Shown here: piece after piece, positions 45,168-55,002 of the stretch
Layout of the letters: the number at the start of each line of letters is the position of its first letter
Position numbering within the stretch: position 1 is the stretch's first letter
Source of the DNA: Candidatus Alkanophaga volatiphilum
GTDB taxonomy: Archaea > Halobacteriota > Syntropharchaeia > Alkanophagales > B39-G2
Assembly: GCA_029259545.1 (NCBI GenBank)
Contig: JAPHEE010000002.1
Location: 5,601 to 69,600, forward strand
DNA length: 64,000 bases
Direction of reading: 5' to 3'
The notes under the pieces: generated by a model
The model's database searches: none
Told to the model about the DNA's origin: nothing
The model's input: only the letters and a program-made list of their open reading frames with translations
Position numbers and translations under genes: made by a program

Positions 45168-47696
45168 ATGGAAGGGAAGGTGGTCAAGGTAGGAGGGGTA
45201 GAGGTTAATCTGGCGGACGCCGTTCGCGATCCGAGGGGCGTCGAGGACATCGCCGAGGACATCCTCCAGGAAATGGGCGAGCGCCGCCTCCGGCAGTGGG
45301 ACCCGAAGCTGAACATATTTGCGCACGCATCCGACATCGCAGAGTGGGACGACATCCTGCTCAATAAATACCACACGATCTTCACGAGCGGGAAGAAGAG
45401 CTGCGAGGCATGTCAGCAGGGACCTTGCGACCTCTCTGCGAAGAACGGGCTCTGCGGCTTGGACTTGGAGGCGCACCAGGCGAGGGAGGGGCTGAAGGAG
45501 GCATGCAGGGCGCTCGCAAGGCAGCTGACGCATGCGAGAGACCTGTTGAACTACGCAATTAAAATTTATGGGAAGGAGAAGGAGATCGACCTTGGACCTT
45601 ATGAGGAGTACCCGATGACCAACGTCTCGATGCTTTGCGGCTTCTATCCTAAGAACCTCGCAGACGTAGAGCGTGCGCTGTCGTATGCGGAGGCACAGCT
45701 CGCCGAGCTTTTGTATGCGGTGAACAATGGCAACGAGTCGGCGAAGGACCTCGTAGAAAAGACGATGCACGCAGGCTCGTTGACGTTCCTCGCGATGGAG
45801 GTCGCCGAGACGATAAAAATGTGCATCTTCGACTTTTACAATGCCGGTAAAGTAGAGCCAACAGAATATAAGGACTGGCCAAAGATGCAAACACCTGTGG
45901 GGTTGGGTGTCGTAGATACCTCGAAGCCGGTCATCTGCTTCATGGGCAACGACTTCCTGCCGGCGTGGCACGCCGTCCGTATCATAAAGGAGCGGGGGCT
46001 GGAGGATGAAATTGAGGTCTGTGGCGTCGGCGCCGCTGGACACGACATCCCGAGGTTTTACGAGAAGGCGAAGGTTGTAACATCGGCGACGAAAGCACGG
46101 CTTGCGATCCGAGCCGGAATTCCGGACGTCATCGTCGTCAGCGAGATGTGCCTGCCGTTTGACGTTGTGGAGGAAGCTAAGAAGATAGGTGCAAAGGTCA
46201 TTGCTTACGGCTACAAAGCTGATTTCAAGGGCGTGGAAGACAAGACGGAGCTCCCGATGGAGGAGCTTGTGAAGTATTTGGAAGAGAACGACGCTGTTCA
46301 GGTGACGATACCTGAGAAGGCAGGCGAGCTCGCCGTCGAAATTGTGAAAAAGGCGAAGGAAGGAAAGAAGGCGGCGTTGCTCTCTGAAGCCGAGATAAAG
46401 GAAAAAGCGGCGGCGTGCAAAGCATGCGACTCATGCTTCAATGTTTGCCCGAACAGGCTGATGATAAGCAGAGCGATGAAAGCGGCGAAAGAAGGCAACC
46501 TTGAGAAACTCTCGGAAATATACGATGAGTGCGTTTTCTGTGCGAAGTGTGAGCACGTCTGCCCGAACGGGCTTCCGATAATAGATATGATAATAGGGGC
46601 GTCCATCGAGAAGATAAAGAACGACAAGTATATGATGCGCCCCGGACGGGGACTTATCTCGCACATCGAGTGGCGTGATCTGACGTTCGGCTTCGTCCTC
46701 GGCGGCAACGGTCCCGGCATGGTTTACATCATAGGCTGCGGCAAGTATCCGGGGGCGGAGAAAGATGTCGCTGAGATCGTGAGATATCTGGTGGACAGGA
46801 ACTGCTTCGTCGCAGTTGCGGGCTGCGTCGCCGCCGACGCCGCAAAGTACTTCGACGAGGAAGAGCGGAAGTACATATTCGAGAAATATCTGGCGGCAGG
46901 CCTGCTGCGGGGCTTCGTGAACCTCGGCGGCTGCACCGCGATCTCGCACATTCCACCCGCGACCTACAAGGGCACGATGATAGGCAGCGGCTACACGCCG
47001 AAGGCGAACTGGTCGCAGATCGTCGACTACCAGTACACGAGGCTCCCGCTCGTCGTCCTGATATGGGGCGCCGCCACTGAGGAGATGTTCACAGTAGCTA
47101 TGGGCTTCGCCCGCTCCGGCGTCTCCGTCGTCGTCGGTCCCGAGGGCTTCAAGTTCAAGACGTGGCTCCTCGGAAACAAGCACGACCGCAGCAAGTGGCA
47201 GATGTTCGACGGGATCACCGGTAGGATAAGAGAGGTGGAGCCGTGCCCAGTCCACATGATAATTCCGGTGGAGACGAAGGAGGAGGCGATCACGATGATC
47301 GCAAAGCTCTTCCACCGCCCGCTGGCGCTCAGAGATCCACGACTTGCGAGTCTCGAAGCCTACAACGAGGCGCATAAGAACTTCTTCGGCGAGTACTCTG
47401 ACGATTGGCATCTGTATGTGCGCTCCGAGCACGAAATTCACGTCATGCGACGTATGGAGATGCTGCGCCTCCTCGAAAGGGAGCATGGCTGGGTCATCGA
47501 GGGGCCAAGGGTGAAGAAAGCAAGACTCAGAGACGGGCGGCTCGTGGACATGCGGGACTACGTCGAGAACTATGGTATTCAGCTTGGTAGGTACTCAACG
47601 GTCGTACCAAGGCTCGTGATCAAGGAGATGGTCGGCGGCGCGGTGGCAGCGCCTTCCGAGGAGATTACAAAGATGCACGGCGTGCCGAAGGAATAA
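45168..47696 (+). CDS. cdhA: acetyl-CoA decarbonylase/synthase complex alpha subunit (CODH catalytic)
   Basis: 842 aa. N-terminal CEACQQGPCDL, internal 2x[4Fe-4S] ferredoxin insert CDSCFNVCPNR / CAKCEHVCPNG, and LGGCTAISH. Confidence 0.88.
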   Translation: MEGKVVKVGGVEVNLADAVRDPRGVEDIAEDILQEMGERRLRQWDPKLNIFAHASDIAEWDDILLNKYHTIFTSGKKSCEACQQGPCDLSAKNGLCGLDLEAHQAREGLKEACRALARQLTHARDLLNYAIKIYGKEKEIDLGPYEEYPMTNVSMLCGFYPKNLADVERALSYAEAQLAELLYAVNNGNESAKDLVEKTMHAGSLTFLAMEVAETIKMCIFDFYNAGKVEPTEYKDWPKMQTPVGLGVVDTSKPVICFMGNDFLPAWHAVRIIKERGLEDEIEVCGVGAAGHDIPRFYEKAKVVTSATKARLAIRAGIPDVIVVSEMCLPFDVVEEAKKIGAKVIAYGYKADFKGVEDKTELPMEELVKYLEENDAVQVTIPEKAGELAVEIVKKAKEGKKAALLSEAEIKEKAAACKACDSCFNVCPNRLMISRAMKAAKEGNLEKLSEIYDECVFCAKCEHVCPNGLPIIDMIIGASIEKIKNDKYMMRPGRGLISHIEWRDLTFGFVLGGNGPGMVYIIGCGKYPGAEKDVAEIVRYLVDRNCFVAVAGCVAADAAKYFDEEERKYIFEKYLAAGLLRGFVNLGGCTAISHIPPATYKGTMIGSGYTPKANWSQIVDYQYTRLPLVVLIWGAATEEMFTVAMGFARSGVSVVVGPEGFKFKTWLLGNKHDRSKWQMFDGITGRIREVEPCPVHMIIPVETKEEAITMIAKLFHRPLALRDPRLASLEAYNEAHKNFFGEYSDDWHLYVRSEHEIHVMRRMEMLRLLEREHGWVIEGPRVKKARLRDGRLVDMRDYVENYGIQLGRYSTVVPRLVIKEMVGGAVAAPSEEITKMHGVPKE

Positions 47697-47697
47697 G

Positions 47698-48171
47698 GTG
47701 ATGCGAATGGCGGCTAAGGAGCCGTTGGACATCGCAAAATACCTTAAGGAGAGGAAGGGCAAAGTTCTGGTGATGAGCGGGTGGCTCTGCGAGAAGCTCG
47801 AACTTGATGGGCGGCGGCTCATCGACTATGCTGTGGAGCTTGCGAACAAGCTGGATGCGGCAGTCGCTGCCACCGGGAACACCGTGAACGCCGTTCGCGG
47901 CAAGGTGAAGGCGACGAAGAAGATGTGGGCTGCTGAGATACCCCTATACCTTAAGTATGATTGGAAGGAGCCGTTTGAGCGTCCGGAGGTCGTCGTCCTT
48001 ATAGGCTACACGCCAGATGCCGCCCGAGCGTTGGCGACGGCGATGGCGGGGCTCGTGGAGACCGTCGTCCTCGACAGCGTCGAGGTTCCCGAAGCTACGA
48101 TCTCCCTGCGCACCATGACAATTGATAAATGGAAGGAGAGCCTAAAGGAAATAATGAAGAATCTGGGGTGA
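47698..48171 (+). CDS. cdhB: acetyl-CoA decarbonylase/synthase complex epsilon subunit
   Basis: 157-aa protein immediately after cdhA. Size and position are as in archaeal cdh operons. Confidence 0.7.
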   Translation: MMRMAAKEPLDIAKYLKERKGKVLVMSGWLCEKLELDGRRLIDYAVELANKLDAAVAATGNTVNAVRGKVKATKKMWAAEIPLYLKYDWKEPFERPEVVVLIGYTPDAARALATAMAGLVETVVLDSVEVPEATISLRTMTIDKWKESLKEIMKNLG

Positions 48172-48176
48172 GGAAG

Positions 48177-49643
48177 ATGGCAAAGAAGGAAGAGGACGAG
48201 ATGGCGAAGGAGCGGCAGCGCGTCTGGGACTCGTTGCCAAAGGGCAGGGTCTATCAGGCGCCGACCGACCTCGACCACCTCTTCGACGGCGTCAAATATG
48301 AGATCTCGCCGAAGTGGGGTGGCGAGCGTATCAGGAAGGGCGAGTACGCGCTCGAACTCGGCGGTCCGAGGTTCAACTACACGAGCGTCTGGTTCATCGA
48401 GATCGTGCATGACCCCGACCGGATTCAGGACGGGCGGATCGAGCTCATAGGACCGGACATCCCGGAAATCCCTGACGGCACGTCGCTGCCCTTCATGTTC
48501 TGGATCCGCTACTACGGCAAGGAGCTCGACGACCTGCACTTGGACCTGCTGACCCGCTGGACGTATATGGCACTGGAGTTTGGCGAGGGGTGGATGCTGC
48601 TGAACACCCGCGACACGATCTGGCTGCGTCTTAGGAAGACTGCAAAGCACAAGCACGACTTCTTCCATCTCGCGCAGGCGATGATTGCAAACACAAAGAT
48701 AATGTTCCCGTATGTGGAAAAAGGCGATGCTAAGCTCATAATTGGCGTCGAGGAGCTAGGCGGGCTGGAGAAGCTGCGGGAGATCATAAACAACGTGTGC
48801 ATCCCGTATTGGGAAAGAATGGATGCGATGGCGAGTGAATTCTCAGACGAGGACGTGGACACGTTCTACGGCTGCGCCGTTTGTCAGACGTTTGCGCCGA
48901 ACCACGTATGTGTCGTCGCCCCCGACCGCCCACCGTATTGCGGCATCATCACGTGGATCGGCGCCAAGGTCATGTACGAGCTGGATCCCTACGGCTACAC
49001 CTTCATAATGCCGAAGGGCGAGTGCCTCGATCCGATCGGCGGCGAGTACACCGGCGTGAACGAGGTCGTTTACCAGAAGTCGAACCGGAGCTACAAGCGT
49101 GTTGTCATGTACTCCACGCTGCTTTACCCGCAGACGAACTGCGGTTGCTTCGAAGCCGGTATTTTCTACATCCCGGAGGTTGACGGGCTGGGCATGGTGG
49201 ACCGCCGATACACGGGAATAACGCCGCTTGGCATCACGTTCTCAAAGCTCGCCGGCTTCATGAGCGGCGGCATGCAGAACCACGGCTACTGCGGGATGTC
49301 GTTCAGGACGCCTCGCTCCCGGAAGTTCATGCTCGGCGACGGCGGCTGGTATCGGATCGTCTGGATGCCGAAGGAGTACAAGCAGATGCTCGCCGAGTAC
49401 ATCCCCGAGGAGATCTACGACAAGATAGCAACTGAGGAGGACGCTATCGACCCGAAGGACTTGAAAGAGTTTCTGAAGAAGGTTGGGCACCCGGTGACGA
49501 AGCTCTGGAAGAACGGCGAGGAGCCTGAACCCCTGAAGCTCCCGCCGCCGAACGGCGAGTGGGATCCAGAAGAAGAGAAGCGAGCGAAGGAGAAGGCGAG
49601 GATACTCTTAGAAATGCAAGGCAAACTTCCAAAGTCAGAGTAA
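48177..49643 (+). CDS. cdhC: acetyl-CoA decarbonylase/synthase complex beta subunit (acetyl-CoA synthase)
   Basis: A-cluster region CAVCQTFAPNHVCVV and QTNCGCFE. Trimmed to ATG 48177, which follows a GGGGTGAGG Shine-Dalgarno sequence. Confidence 0.85.
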   Translation: MAKKEEDEMAKERQRVWDSLPKGRVYQAPTDLDHLFDGVKYEISPKWGGERIRKGEYALELGGPRFNYTSVWFIEIVHDPDRIQDGRIELIGPDIPEIPDGTSLPFMFWIRYYGKELDDLHLDLLTRWTYMALEFGEGWMLLNTRDTIWLRLRKTAKHKHDFFHLAQAMIANTKIMFPYVEKGDAKLIIGVEELGGLEKLREIINNVCIPYWERMDAMASEFSDEDVDTFYGCAVCQTFAPNHVCVVAPDRPPYCGIITWIGAKVMYELDPYGYTFIMPKGECLDPIGGEYTGVNEVVYQKSNRSYKRVVMYSTLLYPQTNCGCFEAGIFYIPEVDGLGMVDRRYTGITPLGITFSKLAGFMSGGMQNHGYCGMSFRTPRSRKFMLGDGGWYRIVWMPKEYKQMLAEYIPEEIYDKIATEEDAIDPKDLKEFLKKVGHPVTKLWKNGEEPEPLKLPPPNGEWDPEEEKRAKEKARILLEMQGKLPKSE

Positions 49644-49660
49644 TTTTACACTTTTTAGCT

Positions 49661-50188
49661 ATGTTCAGCGTGGAAAGCGTCAAGGAGTTTGTCGAGAAGT
49701 TTTTGGAGTATGTGGGTTACGAGTTGAAGCCGTCAGAAACCGTGGGCTTCGTGCGACCGGACGTGCGGGCAACTCGTAGTGACGAGGAGAAGCAGAAAAC
49801 TTACGAACTTGTTGCAGTCGTGAAGCCGGGCTTAGAGAGCGGTAAGGAGCAGGTGCTGGAAGGTTTCAGGGACTTGAGCGCCATGAAGGCGTTTCTCGGC
49901 GGTGGCACGTCGGAGCATGTAGTGGACTACGCCATGATCCTCCCGCCGACGAGTGAGCGTCTCATGATCGCATTCCTTATAGACGAAGAGGAGTGGTACT
50001 TTCCGATAAAAGAGCAAGGCTTCATGATCTGGCTCGTGAATCCAGAGCGTGAGACAGTGAACTGCATAATCGGTTGGCCGAGTGACGAGAAGTTCAAATA
50101 TTATTTTGAGCATCCCGACGTCTCCGCATTCGACGCCCTCATCGGTCGGAAGGCGACCGAGAAGTTGCTTGAGGAGGAGGGATTCTAA
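49661..50188 (+). CDS. hypothetical protein
   Basis: 175-aa ORF after trimming to MFSVESVKEF. No family recognised. Confidence 0.4.
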   Translation: MFSVESVKEFVEKFLEYVGYELKPSETVGFVRPDVRATRSDEEKQKTYELVAVVKPGLESGKEQVLEGFRDLSAMKAFLGGGTSEHVVDYAMILPPTSERLMIAFLIDEEEWYFPIKEQGFMIWLVNPERETVNCIIGWPSDEKFKYYFEHPDVSAFDALIGRKATEKLLEEEGF

Positions 50189-50311
50189 CCGCCCAACCCA
50201 AATCACCAACTTTTAAAAGCCAGCGGCGGAAAGGTTTCGTCGTGACGGCACGTTGAACATGAGGAGGTGAGAGGGGCGGCGTCGGCGTGGCGTGCGTCGC
50301 CGCCCGTGCCC

Positions 50312-51529
50312 ATGAAGAGGGACTTGAAGTTGAGGGACGTTGCGGTTCTCGGCGTGGGGCACACGAAGTTCGGGCGGAGCCCTGAGAAGTCGCTGATGGA
50401 CCTCTTCGGGGAGGCGGCGCTCGAAGCCATAAGGGCGTCGAACATCGAGAAGGAGAGGATAGAGGCGGTGTTCGTGGGGCAGCACGTCGGCGAGCTGACC
50501 GACGGCGTTTCGAACTTCGCGCCGTTCGCCGCCGCCGAGATCGGGCTGGCGGGCGTCCCCGCCGTCAGGACGGAGGGCGCCTGCGCGTCGTCCTCCGTGG
50601 CGTTCAGAGAAGCCTACTTGCTAGTGGCGACCGGCGTCTACGATGTCGTGCTCGTGGGCGGCGTCGAGCGATTATTATCGGCGGGAACTGCGCTCGGCAC
50701 GAGGGCGCTCGCGACCTCCGCCGACGGCGTCTACGAGTTCAACGCCGGGCTCACGTTCCCCGGGATTTTTGCGATGGCAGCCATCCTGTACTCCCAGAAG
50801 TACGGGATCCCGCTGGACGAGCTGCGGGAGAAGATGGCGCACGTTTCGATCAAGAACCACAAGTACGGGGCGTTGAACCCGAAGGCGCAGTTCTACAAGA
50901 AGTACGGCGACCTGAAGGTCGAGGACGTGCTGAATTCGAGGATGATTGCGTACCCGCTGACGCTGCTCGACTGCTGCCCGATGACGGACGGGGCGGCGGC
51001 GGTCGTGCTTGCGGAGGCGAGCATCGCCGAGAAGCACGTCGATAAGCCAATATACGTGCTCGGCGCCGGTCTGAGCTCTGCGGGCGGCATTTACCGGCAG
51101 AGGGACGTGACGGTGCCCATGTCGAGGGTGCGTTCCTGCAAGATGGCGTTCGAGCAGGCGGGGCTCACGCCTGAAGACGTGGACGTCGTGGAGCTTCACG
51201 ACTGCTTTACGATCGCTGAGATCATAGCGTCGGAGGCGATGGGCTTTTTTGAGTTCGGTGAGGGCGCAGACGCCGTTGCGGAGGGCAAGACGAAGATCGG
51301 TGGCAAGGTTGCAATAAATCCGTCAGGCGGGCTTATTGGCAAGGGTCACCCCGTCGGGGCGACCGGCGTCTCGCAGATCTACGCCATCGTGAAGCAGCTG
51401 CGCAACGAGATGGAGCCCCGGGAGTTACAAGTGCACAACGCCAAGATAGGCATGACGGACACGCTCGGCGGCGACTTCGGCACGATCTGCAACATCATCC
51501 TGAGCACGGAGCGTCGGGGTGAAGCTTAG
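50312..51529 (+). CDS. thiolase-family acetyl-CoA C-acyltransferase
   Basis: TEGACASSSVAF (active-site Cys), ELHDCFT and NPSGGLIGKGHPVGATG. Confidence 0.85.
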   Translation: MKRDLKLRDVAVLGVGHTKFGRSPEKSLMDLFGEAALEAIRASNIEKERIEAVFVGQHVGELTDGVSNFAPFAAAEIGLAGVPAVRTEGACASSSVAFREAYLLVATGVYDVVLVGGVERLLSAGTALGTRALATSADGVYEFNAGLTFPGIFAMAAILYSQKYGIPLDELREKMAHVSIKNHKYGALNPKAQFYKKYGDLKVEDVLNSRMIAYPLTLLDCCPMTDGAAAVVLAEASIAEKHVDKPIYVLGAGLSSAGGIYRQRDVTVPMSRVRSCKMAFEQAGLTPEDVDVVELHDCFTIAEIIASEAMGFFEFGEGADAVAEGKTKIGGKVAINPSGGLIGKGHPVGATGVSQIYAIVKQLRNEMEPRELQVHNAKIGMTDTLGGDFGTICNIILSTERRGEA

Positions 51530-51546
51530 CCAAGGAGGGTATAGAA

Positions 51547-51954
51547 ATGGGGAAGCTCACGTTTAAGGCGTATTTTGACGCGTTGCGTGAAGGGAAGCTG
51601 CTTGGACTGAAATGCAAGGCGTGCGGGAAGGTCACATGCCCGCCGATGAGCGTGTGCCAGGAGTGCGGCGCCGACGAGCTTGAGGTCGTGGAGATGAAGA
51701 ACAGCGGCGTGATAAAGACGTTCACGGTGATCCACGTGGCACCAGCGGGGCTCGAAAACGAGGCTCCCTACGTCGTCTGCGAGGTCGAGACCGACGACGG
51801 TCCCTGGCTCGTGGGCAGGCTGGACATAAAGCCGGAGGAGGCGTCCATAGAGCTCGTAGGCAGGAGAGTCACTATTACGGGGCAGGAGCTACCGCCCGAG
51901 CGCCATTATCCGGACAAGGAGCGGCGGGTCGTCCCGCTGTTCAAACTCTCTTAA
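51547..51954 (+). CDS. Zn-ribbon / OB-fold protein (DUF35), thiolase partner
   Basis: CKACG...CQECG ribbon plus an OB segment. Typical archaeal pairing with the thiolase. Confidence 0.75.
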   Translation: MGKLTFKAYFDALREGKLLGLKCKACGKVTCPPMSVCQECGADELEVVEMKNSGVIKTFTVIHVAPAGLENEAPYVVCEVETDDGPWLVGRLDIKPEEASIELVGRRVTITGQELPPERHYPDKERRVVPLFKLS

Positions 51955-51985
51955 CTATTTTTAGGGACGGTACCAACCTTCTTCG

Positions 51986-52624
51986 GTGGTGAGCGTCAGC
52001 CGGGACCGTTGGGAAGCAGAGAATGTGGAAGGCGGGCTGCTCGTCTGCGGGGATTGCCTTGAGTGGTTGAGGAACAACAGCGTGGAAGTGCACCTCACGT
52101 TTCTGGACCCGCCGTTCCGTCAGGGCAAGGATTACCGGTATTTCGACGACAATCAGCCTGAGGACGTTTACTGGAACTGGCTTGAGGAGGTCGTCGCCCG
52201 TGTTTACGAGCTGACGGCGGGCGGCGGCGCCATCTACTTCATGCATCGTGAGAAGAACGCCGAGCACGTCCTGAGGACGCTCAGAGAGACGGGCTGGACG
52301 CTCCAGAACCTCATAGTCTGGAAGAAGCGGACCTCCGCAGTCCCCTACGCTCATGGCTTCTCGAAGGCGTACCAGATAATCGCGTTCGCCACGAAGGGCA
52401 AGAAGCCTCGGGTGTTCAATAGGCTGCGTGTCGATTACCCGCTGCTCCCAGAATACAAGTATCCGAGGGAAAACGGGATTTTCGTAACCGATGTCTGGGA
52501 TGACATCCGTGAGTTGACTTCGGGATATTTCGCCGGTGAGGAGGCGATCAGAGATGAGAAAGGAAACAGGGTGCACACGCAGCAGTCGCCAGTCGCCCTG
52601 CTCCTCGGTTCTGTTGAATCTTAG
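51986..52624 (+). pseudogene. N-terminal fragment of a beta-class DNA methyltransferase (DPPF motif IV)
   Basis: LTFLDPPFRQG...HTQQSPVALLL, then the frame leaves homology at 52607 and stops. Motif I is found 2.4 kb downstream at 55045 onward. Confidence 0.75.
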
Positions 52625-52633
52625 GGTGTTGCA
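52607..52633. repeat. left arm of 27-bp imperfect inverted repeat bounding the AT-rich cassette
   Basis: GGTTCTGTTGAA-TCTTA-GGGTGTTGCA matches the reverse complement of 55036-55062 at 24 of 27 positions. Confidence 0.85.
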
Positions 52634-52650
52634 TTTGTGATGTTGCAAGT

Positions 52651-53718
52651 GTGGTGGTAGAAAACTTCAAAAAAGAATGGAACCCATTTAGTTATAAGGT
52701 GCGTAAAATGTCTGATAAGGGCAGTAATAATGGAAAAAATAAAAACTTAGAGGGCATTAAATGGGTCGTAAAATTTCCAGTCGACACTTTGCAAATTTAT
52801 TTCCCATGTTCTTTAGAACTTCAAGATGAACTAATAAAAAGAGGTTTTAAAGTCCCTGGTGATAAAAGCAGAAAAATAAAAACACCGATACCATTGATTT
52901 ACTCGAATTTTAGAGGATGGTTAGTCCAACCAGAACCAATAACAATTGAAAGGTTAATTCCACCAGAATGGTATGGAAAAACTGCTAAAGAATTAGGTTG
53001 GAAGGAAACTATTAGCAGAGGTAAAACGGCATATCATTTACCACAGGAAGAAGTTTGGGTCAATATTGGCTTTGATAACAATGGTTTAATACACTTTAAG
53101 TTAGATATAAGAGGCTATCATCTTGAAAGAACATCTATAAGAGGTATAAATCCTGAAAAATGGAATAACTGGGCAATGTTTTATATAAGTGCAGAATATT
53201 TAGACGATTTGATAAATACCATTGCCAAGTTTCTCAATGTAACTTTAGCACGGAAATTATATCCAATTTTAGAGAAACAGCAAGGTGGAAAAGAGAAAAC
53301 ATATTATGCTTCGCCTACGCGGAGTAAAAGTCTGGGTATACCGGTAATAAATTATAGTTTATGTCTCGGGTGTTTCGATCTTGCATTACTATACTTTAAA
53401 CATAAATCAATTGAAAATAACCTAAACCCAGATATAGTCAAGGAGCTTAAACTTCGAATAACATACGAACCTACCATAAATGCAGGTTTAAAAGTTGGGA
53501 TTGCAAAGATTGAAGGAAAACGGCCTCAAATAATGTTTAAATTAGCTTCAAATACGCCCATTCAAATTAAAGGCATCCTAAAACCTATTATTGAAGGTAA
53601 AGCTAGGGGTAATCTCTGTTTTTGTAATCATCGATCAAAAACCCAACTAATCATAGCTAGGGCATTGGATATTTATTCTGCATTGTCAGTAACGAAACAG
53701 AAGTTAAAAGATCTTTAA
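52651..53718 (+). CDS. hypothetical protein, candidate restriction endonuclease of the inserted cassette
   Basis: AT-rich 355-aa ORF, convergent with the cassette methyltransferase and overlapping it by 4 nt. No catalytic motif recognised by eye. Confidence 0.4.
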   Translation: MVVENFKKEWNPFSYKVRKMSDKGSNNGKNKNLEGIKWVVKFPVDTLQIYFPCSLELQDELIKRGFKVPGDKSRKIKTPIPLIYSNFRGWLVQPEPITIERLIPPEWYGKTAKELGWKETISRGKTAYHLPQEEVWVNIGFDNNGLIHFKLDIRGYHLERTSIRGINPEKWNNWAMFYISAEYLDDLINTIAKFLNVTLARKLYPILEKQQGGKEKTYYASPTRSKSLGIPVINYSLCLGCFDLALLYFKHKSIENNLNPDIVKELKLRITYEPTINAGLKVGIAKIEGKRPQIMFKLASNTPIQIKGILKPIIEGKARGNLCFCNHRSKTQLIIARALDIYSALSVTKQKLKDL

Positions 53719-54632
53719 TGCTTTTTATTTTTCTTCTTTTGCAGTTTTTCATTAATAACTTTTCTTAACTTAGTTCGTAAATGTTTTGCATCATCTCTAA
53801 TAATGAACTCTACTTTTACACTTTTTACACCTTCTCCATAGAATGTTAGAAGAGTTTTAGTCTTGAGTCCTAATCTCTTCTCTATGATAGGCTTAAGTTC
53901 TAAATCTATTTCATAACCGATACTATTTCTATTTAACTCTTTGGCAACAACAGCAGTTGTTCCAGTTCCAAGGAAAGGATCTAAAACTATTTCTCCTACA
54001 TAACTATAGAGTTTTATCAATCTCTCTGCTAATTCCTCAGGAAATACTGCTGTGTATTTACTTATGTCATTTGACGGCAAGACATTTGTTATCTCCCACA
54101 TTGACAGGTACCACTTCTCATTTTGAAATTTGCTTAAGGGTATTTTTGATTGCTCTTTCAAGGATTGGGATATTCTACTATAATTAAATCTTCCTTTTTG
54201 AAAAATCACTATTTCTTCGTAAATGTTATCTGGATAATAGTACATGGGATATGGATGTTGAATTAAAACGCCACTTCTCCTACTTATTCTTATATACCCC
54301 TCTGGTTTTTTCCAAATAATCTTATCTCTGTATTTGAATCCTATTTCTCTCATTATTTTAATTATGTCGCTAACTATAGGGTATAGCTCTCCATCGATTC
54401 TTACATCTTGAATTACGAAACATGCAATTCTTCCTTCAGATAATACTCTATAAATTTCTTTACCAACACTTTTAATTAATTCCAAATATTCCTCATAGTT
54501 TTTGAACAATCCGGGAAAATCGAATGGAGCGTTAAAGTAAGGTGGCGAAGTTACAACAAGATGTATCGAGTTATCTGCTAGCTCTTTCATTCTTCTGGCA
54601 TCTCCAAATATTATTTTATGTGTTGTGCTCAT
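53715..54632 (-). CDS. beta-class DNA methyltransferase (SPPY motif IV, probably N4-cytosine or N6-adenine)
   Basis: LVVTSPPYFNAPFD near the N-terminus and LDPFLGTGTTAVVA near the C-terminus. AT-rich. Confidence 0.85.
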   Translation of the reverse strand: MSTTHKIIFGDARRMKELADNSIHLVVTSPPYFNAPFDFPGLFKNYEEYLELIKSVGKEIYRVLSEGRIACFVIQDVRIDGELYPIVSDIIKIMREIGFKYRDKIIWKKPEGYIRISRRSGVLIQHPYPMYYYPDNIYEEIVIFQKGRFNYSRISQSLKEQSKIPLSKFQNEKWYLSMWEITNVLPSNDISKYTAVFPEELAERLIKLYSYVGEIVLDPFLGTGTTAVVAKELNRNSIGYEIDLELKPIIEKRLGLKTKTLLTFYGEGVKSVKVEFIIRDDAKHLRTKLRKVINEKLQKKKNKKH

Positions 54633-54853
54633 TCTTTCTCCTCCCTCACCTTTAGGGGTTTAACTACTATAATTAATTCTCCACCTTCAGCCCTAATCTC
54701 CCAATTAAGCTTATCTCCTTCTGAAAGATTAAACTGCTTAACAATGCCCATAGGTATTGTGGTTCTTAATGATTTACTCTTTGATGTTGCTCTAGTGATT
54801 ACGGTAGTCTCCCCCATCTTCTTATCACCTGTTATAATTATAGGTAAAATCAT
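54629..54853 (-). CDS. AbrB/SpoVT-family small DNA-binding protein
   Basis: SLRTTIPMGIVKQFNLSEGDKLNWEI. Its stop overlaps the methyltransferase start (ATGA). Confidence 0.65.
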   Translation of the reverse strand: MILPIIITGDKKMGETTVITRATSKSKSLRTTIPMGIVKQFNLSEGDKLNWEIRAEGGELIIVVKPLKVREEKE

Positions 54854-54908
54854 TTATAAAGCTTTTGGTCTAAGATTTTACCGAAAGATTTAAATATGTA
54901 AATATCCA

Positions 54909-54924
54909 TACCTATAAATAGGTA
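54909..54924. promoter_or_regulatory. palindrome TACCTAT-AA-ATAGGTA upstream of the AbrB-like/methyltransferase operon
   Basis: 7-bp inverted arms that include a TATA-like core, about 55 nt upstream of the AbrB-like start on the minus strand. Confidence 0.4.
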
Positions 54925-55002
54925 AAATATTAGGTAAGGTGAAGAGTATGGACATCGTACCAATGTGGGGGAAACCAAAAGATGAAAGAGCAATAAGGGG
55001 TT

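Noticed and set aside
45156-47486. Long minus-strand ORFs 45156..46043 (295 aa) and 46431..47486 (351 aa).
   Set aside because: Both lie entirely antisense within cdhA, which has strong motif support. They are low-complexity Arg/Leu-rich translations.
50262-50280. GGAGGTGAGAGGGGCGGC upstream of the thiolase resembles the family-2 MITE end motif GGAGGTGAGAGGCGGC.
   Set aside because: The match is short and dominated by a Shine-Dalgarno-like GGAGGTGA plus a GC run, and the rest of the element is absent. It is probably coincidental.
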